Shown: positions 1 through 8,163 of the stretch, in pieces | How the letters are laid out: each line of letters opens with the position of its first letter | Numbering within the stretch: the first letter of the stretch is position 1 | Source: a virus | Length of the DNA: 29,802 nucleotides | Virus record (IMG/VR): IMGVR_UViG_3300025361_000001 | Strand: one strand, 5' to 3' | Made by a program: the position numbers and the translations under genes | The notes under the pieces: generated by a model | What the model saw: only the letters and a program-made list of their open reading frames with translations | The model's database searches: none | Told to the model about the DNA's origin: nothing

Positions 1-351
1 CGTTGTCCGGCCGTAGTCGAGGCCGCTGTGGTTGGCCGTCCGCGCCTCGTAGCTGTCCTTGAGGGCGGCGAGTGTCTGTTGAGTCGCCGGGTCGATGGTC
101 GTGCCCGCCGCGTTCTCGACCGCCGTGGCCGTGGCCGGTGAGATCGAGACCGTGTTGTTGACCTCCGTGGCGACCGTGTTGGTGACCTGTGTTTTCCCGA
201 TTTGGCGGCTCGAATCCGAAAGCAGATCGAAAACCGGGTTGTCGGGGAGAGACACGACATCAACGTCACCGAGCGCCCGCGTGTCGTTGTCGGTGACGTC
301 GACTTTCGTGGCGACGCTGCTGCCGAGTTTGTAGGCCGACGATTGGACCAT
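1..351 (-). CDS. Partial (3'-truncated) putative spike/fibre protein
   Basis: ATG at 351 directly follows the stop of 352-741; frame stays open for 117 codons to the window edge (MVQSSAYKLGSSVATKVDVTDNDTRALGDVDVVSLPD...); Thr/Val/Asp-rich; lies at the distal end of the structural operon. Absent from the ORF track because there is no stop. Confidence 0.6.
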   Translation of the reverse strand, partial: MVQSSAYKLGSSVATKVDVTDNDTRALGDVDVVSLPDNPVFDLLSDSSRQIGKTQVTNTVATEVNNTVSISPATATAVENAAGTTIDPATQQTLAALKDSYEARTANHSGLDYGRTT

Positions 352-741
352 CTACCGTACCTCCAGATGGAGCCGCGCGGCGAGATCGACCGCAGCGCCG
401 CCGTCGTTGAGGGTCGTGAGCGCGACCGTCCCGTTCCCGGCCGTCAGCGGTTTGCCGAGGCTGTCGGTGAACGAGAACGGCGAGTTGATGCCACCCAGCG
501 GCGACTCGGCCGTAAAGGAGATTTCCGTACTCCCGTAGCGAAGGCGGTAGCGCACGTCGGTCGTGTCGCTTGCCCCCATCGCGTGCAGCAGTACGCGACT
601 CTGGTCGGTTGCGGGTTCGTACTCCGCGAGAATCGTCTCCTCGCCCGGCAGACAGGTGATCGTCCCGTCAGGGTTGGCATCTTGGAACTCCGAGGTCTCT
701 ACGACTGTGTATTCGCGGAGGTGGATTGCATCTTCAGGCAT
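352..741 (-). CDS. 129-aa beta-rich putative virion protein (vertex/penton or spike-associated candidate)
   Basis: Acidic ORF with alternating hydrophobic beta-strand pattern, coupled to the spike-like gene; shares an upstream motif with the VP7-like gene; function inferred from position only. Confidence 0.55.
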   Translation of the reverse strand: MPEDAIHLREYTVVETSEFQDANPDGTITCLPGEETILAEYEPATDQSRVLLHAMGASDTTDVRYRLRYGSTEISFTAESPLGGINSPFSFTDSLGKPLTAGNGTVALTTLNDGGAAVDLAARLHLEVR

Positions 742-871
742 CGTAACCCCCGGTGAGATAGGTGAGAATCATGCGTCTGTTCGTGTGCTGGTTGACAGTC
801 ACATGGAATAAGCGGTCAATCAGGGATTCGTTTCGGGACTCTACAGGTGAGCGAGAAACCAGCGACAGCCG

Positions 872-1156
872 CTATGCGTCGTCGGCTGCTTCGGCGTCGT
901 CAGGATCGCGTTTGTCGACACTGTCGAACGGCTCGGCGACGAACTCGCGGAAGTCGTCGACGAACGTGAACTGGTACTGCGTGAGCGCCTCGTGAATGGC
1001 GAACGCAGCCGCCCCACCAACCGCCAGCATGAGTGCTGTCGTGAGTTCTCCGGCACGATACGCCTCGGCCGCCCCGCCGAGCAGGATCGTCCCTGCGCCG
1101 AGAGCGACCGATTTGAGTCCACCTTCCTTGAACCGTTTTGCCATCTTGTCCGGCAT
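872..1156 (-). CDS. 94-aa membrane protein with two hydrophobic segments (holin-like size and topology, unproven)
   Basis: Basic N-terminus, two Gly/Ala/Leu-rich segments, acidic tail; GAAA-CTTATC BRE/TATA-like element about 25 nt upstream of the ATG. Confidence 0.65.
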   Translation of the reverse strand: MPDKMAKRFKEGGLKSVALGAGTILLGGAAEAYRAGELTTALMLAVGGAAAFAIHEALTQYQFTFVDDFREFVAEPFDSVDKRDPDDAEAADDA

Positions 1157-1175
1157 ACCGTCGCGTTTGTGGCGT

Positions 1176-1214
1176 TGACAGATAAGTTTCCAATTCGGTT
1201 AGATTTATCTGACA
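1176..1214. promoter_or_regulatory. Back-to-back divergent promoters inside an inverted repeat
   Basis: TGACAGATAA (1176-1185) and TTATCTGACA (1205-1214) are a 9/10 inverted repeat; each arm carries a TTATC TATA-like core 20-30 nt upstream of ATG 1156 (-) and ATG 1233 (+). Confidence 0.6.
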
Positions 1215-1232
1215 TACGTGTGTGCTGACTAC

Positions 1233-1511
1233 ATGATGGATCTCTACGGCACGCTGTTGGTGTTGGAGTCGGTCGTTGGCGAGCGCGAACGGGCCTACGT
1301 GAAATCGGCCGAGGTCGCCGACCAGTTGGACCCCTCAACCCGCTCGATTGCCGCGCGGATCGTCGAGATCCGCGACAGTGGTGAGATCCCCGTCGAGATC
1401 GAAAAATGGTCCCAGAGTACGTCCGGGGCGACGTGGGCCGTCGAGATCCCCGACCACGACGCCTTCGAGGCGTATCTCGACGAACTTCGGGCAGCGGGCG
1501 CGTCAGTCTGA
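1233..1511 (+). CDS. Small haloarchaeal winged-HTH DNA-binding protein (about 92 aa)
   Basis: YVKSAEVADQLDPSTRSIAARIVEIRD...VEIEKWSQSTSGATWAVE resembles a common haloarchaeal wHTH family (YxKS..IA..L...IEKWS...TW.V); start moved to ATG 1233 using the TTTATCT box at 1204-1210. Confidence 0.7.
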   Translation: MMDLYGTLLVLESVVGERERAYVKSAEVADQLDPSTRSIAARIVEIRDSGEIPVEIEKWSQSTSGATWAVEIPDHDAFEAYLDELRAAGASV

Positions 1512-1937
1512 GTCGGTCGGCGAGCGGATTTCTGCGCGTGTGTTGGTAGTGTTGCAGGAGAGACAGCGTATCTTGGTGAACTCGATGTTTCCGGCGTCGC
1601 TCTTGTTGCCGCCGAGGCGGAACATCCACGGGTCAGTCTCGCCGCACTCAACGCAGTAGCAGTCGGCCGGGTCCTCGAAGTGGGTTGCCGGATCGAACGC
1701 GAAGCCGAAAGGGATCGCGTGTTCGACGAAGTACGATAGACCCATGTCGATGAGCCGACGGCGGGCGTCGCTGTCCGAACGCAGGATGAACGTCTCGGCC
1801 AGCCCGTCGTCGAGCGGCATCTCGCGGATGGCGTCGTTGTACTCCTCGCGGAACTCCTCGATGCGCTCGGCCATGAACTCCGGCTTGCGCGTCGACGACT
1901 TGTGGTCGAGATTGTAGTCGAGTGGCGTGTCCGACAT
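1503..1937 (-). CDS. 144-aa protein with C-terminal CxxC...CxxC zinc ribbon
   Basis: CVECG...RCLSCN; start set at ATG 1937 (MSDTPL) because GTATAT lies about 26-31 nt upstream. Confidence 0.65.
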   Translation of the reverse strand: MSDTPLDYNLDHKSSTRKPEFMAERIEEFREEYNDAIREMPLDDGLAETFILRSDSDARRRLIDMGLSYFVEHAIPFGFAFDPATHFEDPADCYCVECGETDPWMFRLGGNKSDAGNIEFTKIRCLSCNTTNTRAEIRSPTDSD

Positions 1938-1985
1938 GGATAGACGTTGCTGTCGGACTGGCATATACTCTTTGGAGAATGAACG

Positions 1986-2198
1986 CTACGAGAAAAACAG
2001 CCCGAACACGAGCGCCACGACAACCGCGCAGGTAACGAAGCCGAGCGCGAACGCGTGCGGGCCGGGAATCCGAGTCAGCGGGTTCGAGGCGGTCGATTCC
2101 GTGGCCGCCTCGGTCGAGGCGAACGAGAGTGTCGACCCGGTCGATTCGGTGTCCGGTTCAGCGTCCGTGTCGGTGTCTTCGGGGAGTTCCATCGGCAT
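1986..2198 (-). CDS. 70-aa membrane protein with acidic N-terminus and C-terminal TM helix
   Basis: ...AFALGFVTCAVVVALVFGLFFS; TACTAAAT TATA-like element about 25 nt upstream. Confidence 0.65.
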   Translation of the reverse strand: MPMELPEDTDTDAEPDTESTGSTLSFASTEAATESTASNPLTRIPGPHAFALGFVTCAVVVALVFGLFFS

Positions 2199-2234
2199 TA
2201 TGAGTAGTGTGAGAGGCCGACCATTTAGTACCTC

Positions 2235-3416
2235 TCACAGGAGACCGAAATACCACGCCGCGCCGAGACCGACCGCGCCCGTCCCGGCCGCCGCGGCTGC
2301 TTTGGTTCCGGTCGAGAGTCCACCACCGCCGGATGCGCCCGAGGGAGCGCCCCCAGATCCGCCACCCACAGACCCACCCGAGGAGGCGGGCGGCAGGACT
2401 CCGCCGCGGTTCGAGTTGCCGGGGCCGCGCGGCGGCGAGTCAAGACCGGGCGAGGTGTCGGGGCCGCGCGGCGGCGAGTCAAGACCGGGCGAGGTGTCGG
2501 GGCCGCGCGGCGGCGAGTCAAGACCGGACGAGGTGTCGGCTTGGCCGCGGTAGATGTAGTTGTTCGTGACATCCCGCGAGCCATCTCCATTGTTGCCCGA
2601 AGGGTCTTCGTCACCCTTCGTGTTCTCGCCGCCGCCGCTCTGGTTTTCGGATGCGCCAGTCAGCATCGCGGTGGTTTCGCCGATCTTTTCGTTTGGCACC
2701 CCTTTGCTGTTGCCTTGATCGTCTTGGAGTTGGACGATGCTGTCTGCGTTCAGGTTGATCGCAGTGTTGCCGCCGAACTCCTGTGCGGCGTCGTCGAGTT
2801 CGTCCACCGCATCGCCAGTGATGATGTTACGCTGAGGTTGCATATCCTCGACAGTGATCGGGTCGCCGTCCCCATCAGTCCGCCGCCGTGGATACTCGTT
2901 GTCATCGTCGGTGTCGTTGCCCGCACCCGACGGATCGGGGGAAGTCGACGACCCGACGTTGGGGCTGGTGTCGGGCGACGGGTCGTACCCCGACTCCCAA
3001 TACTTCGTGTTGTCAGAAGACGGGGAAGACGAAGACTCGTCTGTCGTGTTGTTCCCCGACGGGTCGGGAGAGTCGTCCGAATCTGTCGATCCGGAATCGG
3101 TGTCACTGGTCGTGGTGTAACCACCATACGACCCGTGGCGTTCCGATCCCCCGCCACCACCAGAGTCGTTGCCCGCACCCGACGGGTCCGGGTCGCTCGA
3201 TCCAGACGACCCGCTGTCCGACGAGCCGCTGCTGCTGGTTCGACTGGCGATGGAGCCGCCCGACGACCCGCCATCATCATCGTCCGATCCTGACGAGCCG
3301 CTGCTGCTGGTTCGACTGGCGATGGAGCCGCCCGACGACCCGCCATCATCATCGTCCGATCCTGACGAGCCGCCCCAGCCCGAAAACGTGCTTCCAATTT
3401 GTCCTAAGATTCCCAT
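2235..3416 (-). CDS. 393-aa Gly/Ser/Asp-rich, repeat-containing, C-terminally anchored putative virion protein
   Basis: Low-complexity acidic ORF with 24-aa x2 and 13-aa x3 repeats, recurring DPSG motifs and a hydrophobic C-terminus (AAAAAGTGAVGLGAAWYFGLL); own TATA-like box at 3448-3456. Confidence 0.75.
   Translation of the reverse strand: MGILGQIGSTFSGWGGSSGSDDDDGGSSGGSIASRTSSSGSSGSDDDDGGSSGGSIASRTSSSGSSDSGSSGSSDPDPSGAGNDSGGGGGSERHGSYGGYTTTSDTDSGSTDSDDSPDPSGNNTTDESSSSPSSDNTKYWESGYDPSPDTSPNVGSSTSPDPSGAGNDTDDDNEYPRRRTDGDGDPITVEDMQPQRNIITGDAVDELDDAAQEFGGNTAINLNADSIVQLQDDQGNSKGVPNEKIGETTAMLTGASENQSGGGENTKGDEDPSGNNGDGSRDVTNNYIYRGQADTSSGLDSPPRGPDTSPGLDSPPRGPDTSPGLDSPPRGPGNSNRGGVLPPASSGGSVGGGSGGAPSGASGGGGLSTGTKAAAAAGTGAVGLGAAWYFGLL
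2421..2537. repeat. 39-bp tandem repeat x3 (DTS[P/S]GLDSPPRGP)
   Basis: GGGGCCGCGCGGCGGCGAGTCAAGACCGGGCGAGGTGTC at 2421, 2460 and 2499 (last copy has one substitution). Confidence 0.95.
3220..3372. repeat. 72-bp perfect tandem repeat x2 plus a partial third unit
   Basis: GACGAGCCG recurs at 3220, 3292 and 3364; the two full units are identical and encode SSGSSGSDDDDGGSSGGSIASRTS. Confidence 0.95.
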
Positions 3417-3447
3417 TGTGTTTGTGTTTGTGTTCGTGTGTTTCGCC

Positions 3448-3456
3448 TTATATTAT
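3448..3456 (-). promoter_or_regulatory. TATA-like box for the 393-aa gene
   Basis: ATAATATAA on the minus strand, 31 nt upstream of ATG 3416, followed by an A/C-rich leader (ACACGAACACAAACACAAACACA). Confidence 0.55.
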
Positions 3457-3474
3457 CCATCACGGTTCGATACG

Positions 3475-3897
3475 TCACAGCGGGATGTCGAACGCCGAAA
3501 GCAACGTTGCCAGCAGTCCAAGGACGCCGAGCGTCGTTCCGCCACCCCAATACAGGATCGCGGCGGCCGTCGAGTTGCGCTCGATGTCGCCGCGATAGTT
3601 CTCGCGGAAGTACTCCTTGTCCAGCGCCGACTCCTCGACCGCCCGGATGTCAGCACCGACCCCCGACAGCCGAGAATCAATGCGTTCGAGCATCTGGGCG
3701 TTCGACTCCATCTGTGATTCGACGGCGGCAAGACGTTCGCGGGTCTCGATCTCGTGTCCAGTAATGGATCCGCGACCGGGCGTGTGACTTCTGCCCCCAT
3801 CGGTCGCCGTCGGCGACGCTTCGCGGGAGCGGTCGTCGGGGTACGAGATCACGTAGGAAAACTCACTAGCGGCGCGAACTTCGTGTGGGTCCATCAT
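3475..3897 (-). CDS. 140-aa coiled-coil protein with C-terminal TM helix
   Basis: Heptad-like stretch IETRERLAAVESQMESNAQMLERIDSRL, then ILYWGGGTTLGVLGLLATLLSAF; translationally coupled to the upstream gene. Confidence 0.7.
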   Translation of the reverse strand: MMDPHEVRAASEFSYVISYPDDRSREASPTATDGGRSHTPGRGSITGHEIETRERLAAVESQMESNAQMLERIDSRLSGVGADIRAVEESALDKEYFRENYRGDIERNSTAAAILYWGGGTTLGVLGLLATLLSAFDIPL

Positions 3898-4380
3898 TTA
3901 CCCCAACAGTGCCTCAAGCGAGTCTTCGTTGACGATGCGCGAGGCAATCGGGCGGGCGACGAAGTAGATGGCGAGCGAGGCGACGCCCGCCGAGGCGAGC
4001 AGTTGGATCGTGCCCATCTGCGCGAGCAGTTCGGCCAGCGACAGCCCGTCGGGGTTGTCGTCGCCGTTCGACCGGCGGAAATCCTGTTCGGCCTGTTCCT
4101 TCATCGCCATCATCTCGTCGCGCGTGATCTCGCCCTGATCGTACATCAACTCGATCTCCGAGAGCCGTTTCTGATAGGCCGTGTAGCGCTCGGTTTGAGC
4201 ATCGGCTTTGGCCGCGTCGGTGTACTGGCCGTAGCTGTAGGCTCCGGCTCCGCCGACGGCCGCGATACTCAGCGGCGAGGTGCCCTTTTTGACGCCCGTC
4301 GAGATGGTGTTGGAAGCCCCCGTGGCGAAGTCGTCGCCGACACTGCGTAGGCTGGAGACGGCCGCCTTGAGTGCCCCCAT
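3898..4380 (-). CDS. 160-aa putative virion membrane protein (two hydrophobic segments)
   Basis: LSIAAVGGAGAYSYG and LLASAGVASLAIYFVA flanking a helical charged region; within the capsid operon. Confidence 0.7.
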   Translation of the reverse strand: MGALKAAVSSLRSVGDDFATGASNTISTGVKKGTSPLSIAAVGGAGAYSYGQYTDAAKADAQTERYTAYQKRLSEIELMYDQGEITRDEMMAMKEQAEQDFRRSNGDDNPDGLSLAELLAQMGTIQLLASAGVASLAIYFVARPIASRIVNEDSLEALLG

Positions 4381-4382
4381 CG

Positions 4383-4619
4383 CTACAACACCATCCGGAC
4401 GCCGAGGCTGATTGCGGCACTCCCGGCGAGATCAGTCCCGTCGAAGGTGTCGCCGTTGCCGTTGTTGACGGTTATGTCCCAGAGCAAGGCGACGACCGCC
4501 CACGTCGCCGCGGTCCGGCCCATCCACGTGAACGCGTTGCGCCACGCGAACTCGGTGACTCGCGGGAAGATGTAGGCCGACGCCAGCGAGCCGACGACGG
4601 CGCTCAGTGCGACACCCAT
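4383..4619 (-). CDS. 78-aa putative virion membrane protein
   Basis: Mostly hydrophobic with 2-3 TM-like segments; start abuts the stop of the upstream gene. Confidence 0.7.
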   Translation of the reverse strand: MGVALSAVVGSLASAYIFPRVTEFAWRNAFTWMGRTAATWAVVALLWDITVNNGNGDTFDGTDLAGSAAISLGVRMVL

Positions 4620-4925
4620 CTACATCACCCCCCGACGGACGATGCCGGTGACGAGGAACGCGACGATGCCGATGCCGACGCCTTTGCCCCCACGCCACCA
4701 GACGCTCTGGTCCGACTCGTCAGTGACCAGCGTGTAGAGAACGGCCGTCGACGGGATGATAAGCACCCCGTCGAGGATCGTGCCGACACGCTCGCGGACG
4801 AACTTGTCGAGCGCCTCCGGTGTGCTGCGGTTGGTTGCGAACGGTGAGGTGACGACGCGTGCCGCCCCCGAGACCGTATTGATTGATTCCTGTGCCGCCG
4901 TGTTGACGTGCTTGAGTGCAGTCAT
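4620..4925 (-). CDS. 101-aa putative virion membrane protein
   Basis: True start is probably ATG 4925 (MTALKHV), an ATGA overlap with the 497-aa gene; two hydrophobic segments near the C-terminus. Confidence 0.7.
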   Translation of the reverse strand: MTALKHVNTAAQESINTVSGAARVVTSPFATNRSTPEALDKFVRERVGTILDGVLIIPSTAVLYTLVTDESDQSVWWRGGKGVGIGIVAFLVTGIVRRGVM

Positions 4926-6415
4926 AGAATCACCAAAAACAGGATGGCGGCTGCGACTGCCCCGAGCGCGCCGAATGCGGCGAGGCCGATGGGGCCGAGG
5001 CCGCCCCCCGCGCCGCCAGCCCCGCGGGCTGCCGCGGCGATCTCGCTGGGTTTTGGGCGGTCTTGGCCCGGATCGGGCGTGCGGTTCGCAGTCCCGTTGT
5101 CGGCGCGGACCTCCCACTCCTCGTAGGCTGCGACGGCATCCTTCTGGGACGGGTGCGGCGTGGCCGTTGTCGAGGCCCCGCCACCATCCCCGGCGAAGAC
5201 GAGCGTGCCGCCCGCCGTTCGCCCGGCGACGAAGAACCGCACCTCGTCGGCCGTGTTGTGCGTCTGCTTGGCGAGATACCAGCCGTCACCCAGCGACAGC
5301 CGCATCTCGACATCGCCCCACGCAGGCTCGGCCGCGTCTGCGGACTCCTCGTAGGTCGACGAGTCGCTGGCCGAGTTGGTCTGTTCGCGTTGCCACGCAT
5401 CGTAGGCGTTGTCGGCCTGCTGGGCCGAGCCGAACGGTGTCCGGCCCGACGTGGGGAACGAAGTCTCCGTGTAGCCGTCGGAGCCGTCGAGCGAGACGAC
5501 GGTGCCGCCGTTCTCCTCGACGACGACCCAGTAGCCCTGCGTGTTGCCGTCGGAACTGAACTGACGCACGCGGTCGGCCTGTGGCTGGCCCGTGTAGGTG
5601 TGGTCGACTTCGTAGCCGTCCGGGTAGACGTTCGGGCCGCCGATGACGCCGCCTGCGCCGAGGACGGCCGCCCCGCCCACTGCGCCAGCGCCGAGTTTTT
5701 GCTTGGGCGAGAACCCACCACCGTTACCGCCGGGAACGGCATCGTCGATAGCCGTCCGGAGGTTGTTCGGGAGTAGGTGATCCGGTTCTTCGAGTGACTC
5801 GGTTTTGCCCGTGTCCGCCTTGCTGAACGCTGGCCCACGACCTCGCTGGGTCGGGATCTCGGGCGACGACGCCTTGCGCGCCGTCTTCGAGCCTCTACCA
5901 ATCTGTTTGATGCGGTTGGTTACGCGTGCTAATCCTCCTAACATGTTTCCTCCGCTGGCCGCCTTTGCGACCTTCGCTCCGCCTTTGACGGCTGCTTTAC
6001 CTGTGCCGCCCGTGGCGATGAGAGCGAGTTCGCCAGCCTCCAAGGCGTCTGGTGCGTAGTCCGTCCCGGCGTGTTCCGGGTTCGTCGCCCGCGTGTCGAC
6101 GCCGGTCGCGCTGCTGTAGGCGATCTCGGCCGGAGTGCCGACGAACACGTCGAACAGCGTCTCCACGCCGCGCCCGGCCCCGATCAACGCCTTGTTGTCG
6201 GTGGTCGAGCCTGCGGCGTCCGTGATCGGCTGTTTGAGGTTCTCGTAATCCTGCGAGGCCGCCGCGGCGAACTCCTCCTCCGAGTCGTGGCCGGTCGCCA
6301 CTGTGAGTGCGCCGCGAACGGTGTCCTGCACCGAGAACACCTCGTTGTCGAGGATGGCATCGGTGCCGTCCTCGACCGCGTCGTTGGCGTTGCCAAGCGC
6401 GTCGAGAACACCCAT
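4922..6415 (-). CDS. 497-aa multi-domain putative virion/membrane protein (positionally like SH1 VP2)
   Basis: Amphipathic N-terminus, internal Gly/Ala-rich hydrophobic segments, two similar globular repeats ending in AYDAW/AYEEW, C-terminal TM; located three genes downstream of the large MCP. VP2 equivalence is positional inference. Confidence 0.7.
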   Translation of the reverse strand: MGVLDALGNANDAVEDGTDAILDNEVFSVQDTVRGALTVATGHDSEEEFAAAASQDYENLKQPITDAAGSTTDNKALIGAGRGVETLFDVFVGTPAEIAYSSATGVDTRATNPEHAGTDYAPDALEAGELALIATGGTGKAAVKGGAKVAKAASGGNMLGGLARVTNRIKQIGRGSKTARKASSPEIPTQRGRGPAFSKADTGKTESLEEPDHLLPNNLRTAIDDAVPGGNGGGFSPKQKLGAGAVGGAAVLGAGGVIGGPNVYPDGYEVDHTYTGQPQADRVRQFSSDGNTQGYWVVVEENGGTVVSLDGSDGYTETSFPTSGRTPFGSAQQADNAYDAWQREQTNSASDSSTYEESADAAEPAWGDVEMRLSLGDGWYLAKQTHNTADEVRFFVAGRTAGGTLVFAGDGGGASTTATPHPSQKDAVAAYEEWEVRADNGTANRTPDPGQDRPKPSEIAAAARGAGGAGGGLGPIGLAAFGALGAVAAAILFLVIL

Positions 6416-6417
6416 GT

Positions 6418-6645
6418 TCAGACCCTCAGTGCGATATACAGCAAGAGGAGGTCTGCGACCGCCACCCCGTAGAGGATGAGCGTCTGGGTCGAGAAACGAT
6501 ACTCCGTGCCGTTCGCCATGAGACGGATGTTCGGCCCAGTCGCGCCGTTCGCGCCGCCCGTGTCAGTCGACGTGGCCTCGGTTGCCGAGTTGGCAACCGA
6601 CGCCAGCGACCCTTCCTTTTGTTCGATGACATCGCCGATCCCCAT
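6418..6645 (-). CDS. 75-aa small membrane protein (positionally like SH1 VP12)
   Basis: Start at ATG 6645 by TAATG overlap; C-terminal TM LILYGVAVADLLLLYIAL. Confidence 0.65.
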   Translation of the reverse strand: MGIGDVIEQKEGSLASVANSATEATSTDTGGANGATGPNIRLMANGTEYRFSTQTLILYGVAVADLLLLYIALRV

Positions 6646-6911
6646 TAGAGCCACCTCGCGGCGATAAAGGCGAACGGGGCGATGTCACGAATCACCGAAA
6701 AGATCGGCGACAACGAAACCCAATCGACCGAGATTCGCTTTGCGCCGCCCGTGAGTCCCGTGAGGAACTCGTCGATAGCCGTCGAGAGGCGGTCGGCGAT
6801 GTCGATGCGATCCGGGCGGTCGGGCGACTGTCCGTTGGTGTCGACCGAACTATCCGGCGGTAGCTCGGCCGTTGTTGGGCTTACTTCCCGTGCGAGAGAT
6901 GGGACAGCCAT
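6645..6911 (-). CDS. 88-aa hypothetical protein following the large MCP
   Basis: Fills the gap between the VP4-like gene and the membrane gene with coupled boundaries; hydrophobic C-terminus. Confidence 0.55.
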   Translation of the reverse strand: MAVPSLAREVSPTTAELPPDSSVDTNGQSPDRPDRIDIADRLSTAIDEFLTGLTGGAKRISVDWVSLSPIFSVIRDIAPFAFIAARWL

Positions 6912-6920
6912 TCTGCCCCC

Positions 6921-7631
6921 TTAGACGTTCACGTCGACGCGCTGTTCCATCGTCGACGCGTACTGTCCCTCGGGGAACTCGGCGTCGTCCCAGACGATCT
7001 GCCGGGGCGAGTCGAGGTAGACGACGAGGTGTTCGGACTCCTGCCACGTGGCCGCGCCGGTCAGGTGAACCTGCGTCATGTTCTGGGCCTGATCGAAGTC
7101 GTTGAACACGTGCAGCGGGATGCCCCACGTGTCCAGCGCGGCGACGGCGTTGTTGAACTGGTCGTGGCCGATGAGTTTGATGATCCCCTCGGTCATGATA
7201 GGCCACATGACGACGTTGCCCGAGCCGACAGTTGGCGTCTCCTCGAAGGTGACCTCGTTGGCGTCGAAGTCGTAGCCCGAGACCGTGAGTTGGGCGTCGC
7301 CGTCGGCCGTGTCGATGGCGATGATCGGCTGGTAGTCCATCTGGTCGACGATGACCTCGCCGTTCGGCGGGTCGATGTTCGCCTCGGCGGTGAACGTCGA
7401 GGTGGCACCGTCGCCGTCGACGCCCTCCCGGCTGCGCGGGGAGAACTTGGTGAGGTGGTCGCCTGCCGAATAGGTGATCGAGTCGTACTTCCGCGGGCAG
7501 GTCCATTCGAGGACCCAATCCTCGCGGTTGGCCGCGTTCTGCTGGAGTTCGAGGTTGTTCGTCCCGACCTCGACGCCCGTATGCGTCAGCGAGCGGCGGT
7601 CGTTCTTGGGGTTGGTGTAGCTCTGAGTCAT
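6921..7631 (-). CDS. Large major capsid protein, VP4-like (single jelly roll)
   Basis: 236 aa; motifs WTCPRKY, WPIMTEG, DQF, FNDFDQ, GAATWQESE, LDSPRQIVWDDAEFPEGQY and EQRVDV line up with recalled SH1/HCIV-1 VP4 (FECPRKF, WPIMSDG, NQF, HDFPQ, GSASWSENE, LDAPQALTWEDSDYPRGQY, EQDVEI). Confidence 0.92.
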   Translation of the reverse strand: MTQSYTNPKNDRRSLTHTGVEVGTNNLELQQNAANREDWVLEWTCPRKYDSITYSAGDHLTKFSPRSREGVDGDGATSTFTAEANIDPPNGEVIVDQMDYQPIIAIDTADGDAQLTVSGYDFDANEVTFEETPTVGSGNVVMWPIMTEGIIKLIGHDQFNNAVAALDTWGIPLHVFNDFDQAQNMTQVHLTGAATWQESEHLVVYLDSPRQIVWDDAEFPEGQYASTMEQRVDVNV

Positions 7632-7635
7632 TGTT

Positions 7636-8163
7636 TTACGCCTTTTCGATGAGCTGCTTTTCCTTGTCGTTCATGTCGCGGGTGTGACGGATGTAGACCG
7701 GCTTGCCGGTCTGGGTCACGTTGTCGCCCATCGTGAGCCGCGATTCGCCGGGGTCGAATTTGTCCGCCCCGTCAGGCAGCCGGAGGTAGGCGTAGAGGTA
7801 CTCTCGCGGCTTGAGGAGGAGCGGTTTGTTGGTGTACTTGTAGTACTGCGGGTCCGAGCGCATTTCCTCGTAGTCGAACGCGCCCATGTTGTGCTGGAAG
7901 ATAATCGAGTTCCCCAGCGGGTTGCCCTGCACGTCGGCCTTCTGAAGGACCAACTGCGCGGACTGGTCGACGGGCGTTCCGTCTGCGGTGCGGAACTCGG
8001 GTGCCAGCGGCGTTTCTTCCTCGATGCCGATGACATAGTTGCGTGGGCCGCGCAAGGTGTACGCGGGCACGTTGTTCTGCGATGGCGAAACCTCCCGCTT
8101 GCTCACGAACTCAAGGTTGTCGTGAATCTGAATCGGGTCTTCGGTGTTTTGTCGGATTTCCAT
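7636..8163 (-). CDS. Small major capsid protein, VP7-like (single jelly roll)
   Basis: 175 aa; GPRNYVIGI, TPLAPEFR, LQKADVQGNPLG, FDYEEMRSDP, SRLTMGD and GKPV match recalled SH1 VP7 (GPDGYVIAV, TPIAPEFR, VQKCDRQGNPLG, FDYEQMRTDP, SRFTLGD, GKAV); lies immediately upstream of the VP4-like gene as in SH1. Confidence 0.92.
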   Translation of the reverse strand: MEIRQNTEDPIQIHDNLEFVSKREVSPSQNNVPAYTLRGPRNYVIGIEEETPLAPEFRTADGTPVDQSAQLVLQKADVQGNPLGNSIIFQHNMGAFDYEEMRSDPQYYKYTNKPLLLKPREYLYAYLRLPDGADKFDPGESRLTMGDNVTQTGKPVYIRHTRDMNDKEKQLIEKA

